DNA of 64,000 nt from Leucoraja ocellata (taxonomy: Eukaryota): positions 372,001 through 436,000 of the forward strand of contig JAWMAR010000351.1 of assembly GCA_036785375.1 (NCBI GenBank). Reading direction: 5' to 3'. The position numbers were made by a program, and so were the translations under genes. The notes under the pieces are model-generated. The model worked only from the letters and a program-made list of their open reading frames with translations, was not told the DNA's origin and made no database searches. Position 1 is the first letter of the stretch. Every line of letters starts with the position of its first letter. Positions 57,083 to 64,000 of this stretch are shown in pieces.

Positions 57083-60000
57083 GTCAGGAATGGTCGCGGT
57101 GGCGACGGTATATCTTTGGTGGTCTCGGGGACTGGCAGATAACTCTCTTGAAGTTGATGTATCCTCCCCGAAGTTAGACACAAAATGCTGGAGTAACTCA
57201 GCGGGACAGGCAGCATCTATGGAGAGAAGGAATGGGTCACGTTTCGGGTCGAGACCCTTCTTCAGACTGAGTCGGGAGAGAGGGAGACTAGTAGAGATAT
57301 GGAAGGGTACAGAGCATGTCGGGTGTGAAAAGGACAGATCAGAGCAGGGCCTGGTCGGCACTGAACCCATACAATTATGACTTGGACAGATATAGATAGG
57401 AAGGACGCAAAGTGCTGGAGTAACTCGGTGGGTCAGCCAGCATCTCGGGAGAACATTTCGGCTCCGGACCCTTCTTCAGACTGACCTCTCCAGGGATACT
57501 GCCTGGCCTGGCGAGTTGTTCCACAACGTTGCATTTTTATTTTGTAAACCGGCATCAGCAATTTCTTGTTTCTACTAGGTATAGGTGGCTATGGGGGGCA
57601 GATGGTTGAACGAAAGCCATGAATGAAAAGGAGTGAGTCACAGGATTGGAGGTAGACACAAAATGTTGGAGTAATGCCCCTGTCCCACTTAGGAACCTGA
57701 ACGGAAGCTTCAGGAGACTTTGCGCCCCACCCAAGGTTTCCGTGCGGTTCCCAGAGGTTGCAGGTTGGGAGACTGACAAAAAACCTCCGGGAACCGCACG
57801 GAAACCTTGGGTGGGGCACAAAGTCTCCAGAGGTTTCCGTTCAGGTTTCCTAAGTGGGAAAGGGGCATAACTCAGCGGGACGGGCAGCATCTCTGGAGAG
57901 AAGGAATGGGTGACGTTTCGGGTCGAGACCCTTCTGAGTCAAAGAATCGATTAGTTGTGAATTGTGAAGCTAGAGGAAGGAATGCAGGTGGGAACAATAT
58001 AGGTGCCAGTCCAGGTGGGACTTGGGGAGTGGGGGAAATAGGTTGGGGTGGAGGGATGGAACAAGGTTGGTTGGGGGGGGGGGGAGAGAGGAGGGAAGAA
58101 AGTGAGGGGTTTGGGGTGAAGGGTTGTAATCACCTAAAATTGGAGAATACAATGTTCATACTGTTGGATAGGAAGGGCAATGGCCTCAATGCAGGCAAAT
58201 GGCACCAGCCCAATCAATATGTCAATTTGGTTGGTATAAACAAGGTGGACTGAAGGGCCCGTTTCTGTATTGTGCAGCGCAATCGTCCGATGAATTTAGT
58301 CAAAATAAAACCAGACTTGGCGACTTCCTGACTTTATAAATGGAAAATGCTTAGGAGATCAGGTAGAATAAAATTGAGCTAACTGCGCTACCCTTCCCTG
58401 TGTAATTGGAAGGAACATTTTGGTCATCTGCCTTAACTCGTTTTTGTAGCTTGGAAGCAATGTATCCACTAAATCCACTAGTGGGCTCCACTAACTATCC
58501 TGGAGGTATGCCAATGGTGTCATATATAACATGTCAACCTGTGGATGTAACTTGCTGTTTTAGCAAAGTAAAACCTATTTACACTCGATATCACAAAAGA
58601 TAGCACCTTAAAAAATTACTCCATAATTACTGAACTAATGAAGATACAAGAGACTGCAGATTCTGAAATTCCAAGCAAAAAACAAAGTGCTGGAGAATCC
58701 CAACAGGTCAGGCAGCTTCTGTGAAGGGAATGGGCAGGTAATGTTTTGGATTGGGATTCTTCTTTGTACTCAGAATTTTTTGGGGGGGCTTTTTATTACG
58801 AAATTGATGTTAATCTGGTTTAGTGAGTGGTAGGTTTGCTTCTCAGTCAGAAGTTGTTATTAGCATTGTGTAAGGAGTTGATCACAATTTAGGCGTAGTA
58901 CAACAAAACGGATAATACAATGCTACTTTCAGTAGAAACCTGATATGCTATCTTCATTGAGTGGCAATTTAATTTGCAATATCACTGAAAATACACAACT
59001 GTTCGTTTTTTCATTAAAAATAAGGTGTCTCAGCTGTTGATGAGCCAAAGATTAGACCTGACACAAGGAGCTGACTTCTTAGATCCCAACATGCAGCAAA
59101 AACTGGAAGGAGTAAAAGGTCTGATTCGGCGTGAAATACAAAAGGAACTTAAAATCAAAGAAGGAACAGAGAACTTGCGCAAGGTAATGACAAATAAAAA
59201 AAATCTGGCACATGTAGAAAACATTCTAAAGAGCTCGAATCAAAAACTGGAACGCCTGCATTGGGAACTTCAGGAGCTGAATGCACAAATTGTTGTCATG
59301 GATAGGGACAATCTGAGAGGTGAGTGCAAGTCTTGGACATCCTTTTCTGGAATATCATTGTTCAAAATAGTGATTCATTTTTTAAAAATTGTAGTATTTT
59401 CCTTCATAAGCAGTTCTGTCGGTTGGATACATTTTGTTATATATGCTCTGTTGTTGATCTTGAGTTTGGCTGACTTGGTGGTTCCATGTGCCTGTCACTC
59501 TTTGTAGTGTAAGATGTAAATGTAGTTGAGTTGTGATCTTGGCTGGGTAGTTGGTGGGGTTGCAGTAGTTAGTTCCCTAATAAGGCACAAAAACATACTA
59601 TTTTATCCATAAATAATCATGGAGCTTTTATTAATAATAATGCATTATTGGAACTTTGGGATATTGTTCAGCTGAAATTGTTGTTTTCTTGATGTGTGGT
59701 AAAGTCTCACTGATCTGTTGTAATTTAAAGTCAAAGCCTCCCCTTGGACTTCTTCATTAAATCTTGTCAACCTTGTTCTTTCTCGGTGTGTATGCCCACT
59801 CCACACATGTCCTTTGTACTGAAGTGTTGTGATATTGTATTTTAGTTCTACCATCCACAGGTTAAGGCTCTACAAGTCTTGTGATGGGTAGCAGGTTTCT
59901 CTATATTGTGTACGGTTTACAAAGAGCAGGTCTCATTCATGTGGAAAGGGAACAGTTAGTAAATAGATGTAGGGGATTTTTAAGAAATGCATTTTATTTC

Positions 60001-62968
60001 ACTAAATTGATTTGTGTACAGGCACAGCATGTCCTTCGGAATTTGCGGTAGTTATTTGTAATTAGACTATCTTATGGCTGGGCCAAATAACCCATTATAA
60101 TTATGAACAATTTTAAGAGTTTTATTGTCTTAGGCATTCTGCCATAATGCAAACACTATGCAAAGTGTAAAACACAAAATGCTGAAGTAACCTAACAGGT
60201 CAGCCACCATCTATGCAGAGAGAGACGAGGAGCTGCAGATGCTGTGTAAAACAATATGAAGTGTATACTTCATGCCACCTTGTATTAATCTGCAAAGATG
60301 TGGGTGCATAACTTGTTTGATTCAACAGAGAACATGAAGGCAATCTAAATATTGGAATAATGTTGGTACAAAGGTAGCTAGACGTCTTCTATAACTGAGA
60401 AGTCTATTGCTCAGATCACTTGCTATAATACTTTGCTGCAGGACATGAAAGTAATTTATGACTGGCATTGTAATCCAAGCACAATTCAGGAACAAACTTA
60501 ATGAAGCTGTTGAGAATTTTGAAAAACTAATGTTACTGTATAGCTTAGATTTTCATTTGATTTTTCATTGTTGTGCGTTGGTGCTGTGAATTGTTAGTTG
60601 ATTTGAGTAGGATTGACAGTATAATAAACCTTCAAATGTTGCACACAACTAAAGTAAATGTGGTATATTAAATTAACTGATACACCTAACAATTTATGCT
60701 AATACTTCATTAGCTGAATGTTTTTTAACTGGGAGCAGGATGTTGCTTTGCTTCGTGTCTGAGAAGCATCCGAAAACACTTTATACAGTGTACATTTTAA
60801 ACATTTAGTGCAGTGAGCTAAAATAAACAGCATCTTTTTGTGATATTGTTCAGGAGAGTCCTTTTTTAATCTGGTGGGATCTTTATCAGGATTTGAACCT
60901 GCAGTATGCAGGCAATTTTGATGATTTAATGTCTTGTTGAAAAGTTAGTAAGATTTAAAATTGTAATGTTGCATGAAACGTTGTAATTTTAAAACAAAAA
61001 TCATTTGTTTGATGCAACGGTTTTATATTATGGATGAGAGTCTAAATTTTATGGTGACTAAATGAAGTACCTACCCCAAACTAACATTTAATTTCCACAG
61101 ATAGTGAATTATCTCCAGACTCCTGTTGCTGGGAGCAGTGTGCATCACCACTGAACAATAGAATCGCAGCTCTAAAGAGACAGCTAAATATTGAGTTGAA
61201 GGTGAAACAAGGAGCAGAAAACATGATCCTAATGTATTCAAATGGATCATCAAAGGTAAACTCACTACACACAAAGTTAACTGTCTGAGGTTTTCGAAGA
61301 AGATTCAAAATTTAGTAGAGTGCATTAGATAATGTTTCACATTGCAGCTATAGATTTGTTCATTGAGACACTCCTGGGTATTGCTTTTAATTACTTTGAG
61401 GAATCTTTAACAGGAAGGTAGATCCAGAGGGTTTGTTTGACAATGTAATTTATTCAGTTAATGTAAAAGACAGAATGATTATAAATTGAGTCTTTTGAGT
61501 GATAAAATACAAAATGGCAACGATTGGCAATGATCTCATTGCTTGAGAAATTATATTTTGAAATTATAGACCTGACTTTCGATAAACTTGATATGTTTAA
61601 GTGATAGGTACCGTGTTTTTGGTTTGGAGATGGTTTGTTAGCCAGTGGTAACTTATTTTTATGCTTCTACGCTGGGGAATTTTATCAATTCTGCACCCAC
61701 CCTCCCCACCCCCACCCTTCTTAGTGATTTAGCCATTAGACTGCAGTATTTCACACTAAGAGGTAGTCCAGTTAAATGTTTCTGAGTAAAATCAAATTCT
61801 GTGGCTCATTTTTTCACATTCATCTTCTGAGGGGAAAAAACTTTCTGTTATCTCTGGACTGCAGTAATCCATGATCTTATTGGTGTAGTAAGTGTTCCCC
61901 TACTAGGGTGCACTAGTAGTAACTTTTTTTCTTGTTCCCACTTAAATGCAACTACACCAGGCAAAACACATTTGGCAATGTGAAGTCTGGTATTTTAAAG
62001 TTAACAAGAAGTGCTTCATCTCAGCATGACGTGCTTAAGAAAATTATTCTGTGTTTGCTGTCAGGATCGTAAAATGTTAGCAACAGCACAGCAGATGTTG
62101 CAAGACAGCAAGATAAAGATTGATATAATTAGAATGCAGATCATCAAAGTAACTCGAACTAATGGAACACCTGAGGATGTCAGTGAAGGTCTAGGTATGT
62201 ACAAAAACTGGAACTGCATGTTAGAAAATGTAACTATTTCATGCAATTTCAAACATCTATTTGCAAATTTTGTGGGGATACAGAATATGTTCCATTTTGT
62301 CCCTTTGCCTTGTGCTTGTTAAAACTGCTTTGGTTGATGAGCATCTGGCTCAGAGTGCTGAAACTGCAAGTTCATGCTGTTGTGCGGAACCTTGTCACAT
62401 GTCTTGCTGAAATCCATATATGGGTCTACAGCTCTGCCCTCGTCACTCTTTTTGGTCACTCTCATTTAAACTGCCTGTGTTATCTTAAAGCTATGCCCTC
62501 TAGTCTTCAAGGGCGTATGTTTCCTCTAAAATCAAATGCCAACAAAAAGCAAGGTTGTTCCTTCATTGACACTGACTCTAAATCCTAAAAGAACCCTCTC
62601 CAGTAGTAATGTGGAAGTACCTACGCCAGAAGGACTGCAACAATTGAAGAAGGAACCTCACTGCCACTGACTAGAAGACAATAAGGACATGCACATTTTC
62701 CTGAAACGTTTTAAGTGATTTTACTGTCTGTTGACATCTTGGGCAAATATCAGTGGGATTTTTGCTTTATTAAATCGCATGTTAAACTGATATTGTATGA
62801 TTTTCTACTTGTTCTGTGTTCAATCAAGGGACCATCAGCCCTCTGGAGCTGCGCATTGAAGAACTGAGACACCACCTACGTGTTGAGTCTGCAATAGCAG
62901 ATGGTGCAAAAAATGCAGTGAAATTTCTGGATGGAAGGAAGGATCAAGACAGGAGAGTACTGGCAGAG
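57062..62968 (+). CDS. PKN3: Protein kinase N (PKN3 by synteny), N-terminal HR1a/b/c Rho-binding repeats; continues beyond the window
   Basis: HR1 motifs [38 protein letters not shown] and [24 protein letters not shown]; directly follows SET, as recalled for human. Paralog identity is by synteny only. Confidence 0.85.
57175..57270 (-). repeat. Penelope-like short repeat with hammerhead-like core (PKN3 intron 1)
   Basis: Reverse complement reads TCAGT-CTGAAGA-AGGGT-CTCG-ACCC-GAAA-CG-TG. Confidence 0.75.
57675..57867. mobile_element. PIF/Harbinger-type MITE nested in a Penelope-derived repeat
   Basis: TAA target duplication (57672-74 and 57868-70); about 85-bp TIRs TGCCCCTGTCCCACTTAGG... Confidence 0.85.
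59025..59319 (+). CDS. PKN3: PKN3 exon 2 (HR1a)
   Basis: ataag|GTG (alternative in-frame acceptor ctcag| at 59034) ... AGA G|gtgagt. Confidence 0.88.
61101..61255 (+). CDS. PKN3: PKN3 exon 3 (HR1b start)
   Basis: ccacag|AT AGT ... TCA AAG|gtaaac; 155 nt. Confidence 0.92.
62065..62194 (+). CDS. PKN3: PKN3 exon 4
   Basis: gtcag|GAT CGT ... CTA G|gtatgt; 130 nt. Confidence 0.92.
62829..62968 (+). CDS. PKN3: PKN3 exon 5 (HR1c)
   Basis: atcaag|GG ACC ... GCA GAG|gtacag; 140 nt. Confidence 0.9.
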
Positions 62969-64000
62969 GTACAGTTATATTGTACTTGAACAATTGCCCC
63001 AGTTGTGCTGAATTTATCTGTATTTATCTGAACACGTTACTTCACTTGGACGTTTACCATTTTTTGAATAAGTTTATTAAAAATGGTGGGAATTTTTAAA
63101 GTTACAATTATGTCTTGAAATTGAACACAAACCAAAAGGTTGGAAAGTATCTTTGGGAGCATGATTGCAATTAACCACGTTAATGTGAAAATGTAAGAAA
63201 ATTCCTTGGGGAAACTGCAAGTATTGCATTAACTGAGCATCCCCATGGAAGGTAATGTGGGAATGATGCATGGGAGCAACTGAAGATTGCTTCGGGGGGG
63301 GGGGGGGTGGGTTTAAAGAAGGAATTGAGTTTTTGAGTAGAGATTGGATTGTGGTAAATGTTTGCAAACCAATGTTAGACTACAGTTGAAATATGATAAT
63401 TTGGAAAGGATTTCCAGTACAGAAGGTTTCCAAAATGACTGGGGTAATAATGCAGTTATAAAGAATGAAGTAGCCTAAAGAAAACATGATTATTTCTTAA
63501 TAGGGACAAAATAGTTACGTAGAAAATTGATTCAAGAGGGGTGACTTTTGTTCATGTAATGGGTCTTGAGACAAATAGAATGTTTTGCCAGAATGCAGAA
63601 AGGCAAGAGTATTAGTGACAAAGAGAAGTTGAACAGACTTGGGTTGTTTTCCTTGGTGTGTGGAGGTTGAGGGGTGACCTGATAGAAGTATATAAAATTG
63701 AGAGGCATTAATAGACCTTTGCATAATGTATGTTTTCAGTAGTACGATACGATACAATAAACTTTATTCATCCTGGGAGGGAAATTGGTCTGCCAACAGT
63801 CACAGCACAACAGGATACTCAAAAGCTTGAAAGTGGGGGGGAAAAAAGGACAAGCGACTGTTGGCTGGTTGCCGTATGCACAGCGTCTAAACCTGAACGA
63901 AAGAACAAACAAACGTTAGTAGTAATCGGTACAAAACTCAGTTGATATGGAATTGCACTGATAAGTTTAAAGTCTTTACTATTTTTTCAATATAATAACC

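Overview
This is a vertebrate, intron-rich window, most likely from a cartilaginous fish (inferred from HE1/V-SINE-like, CR1, Rex1-like and Penelope-derived repeats). It carries a four-gene block in the order I recall for human 9q34.11. (1) The 3' end of SPTAN1 (+, 11 exons to stop 15208) includes an 18-nt microexon and a 63-nt cassette matching the cardiac alphaII-spectrin insert. (2) DYNC2I2/WDR34 is complete (-, 8 coding exons, 500 aa, one GC-AG intron). (3) SET is complete (+, 8 exons, 277 aa), lies head-to-head with DYNC2I2 across about 550 bp, and has a candidate second first exon. (4) The first five exons of a PKN-family kinase follow (PKN3 by synteny). Mobile DNA includes an internally deleted Tc1, a non-autonomous Helitron, a Harbinger-type MITE, and CR1 and Rex1-like LINE fragments. 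The most notable repeat is an abundant short family with a minimal hammerhead-ribozyme core, found as fold-back pairs and as TSD-flanked insertions. Other oddities are a template-switch-type inverted duplication and a possible unannotated signal-peptide exon running into a 200-N gap. Exon boundaries were read by eye; orthology and repeat names come from recall, not database searches.
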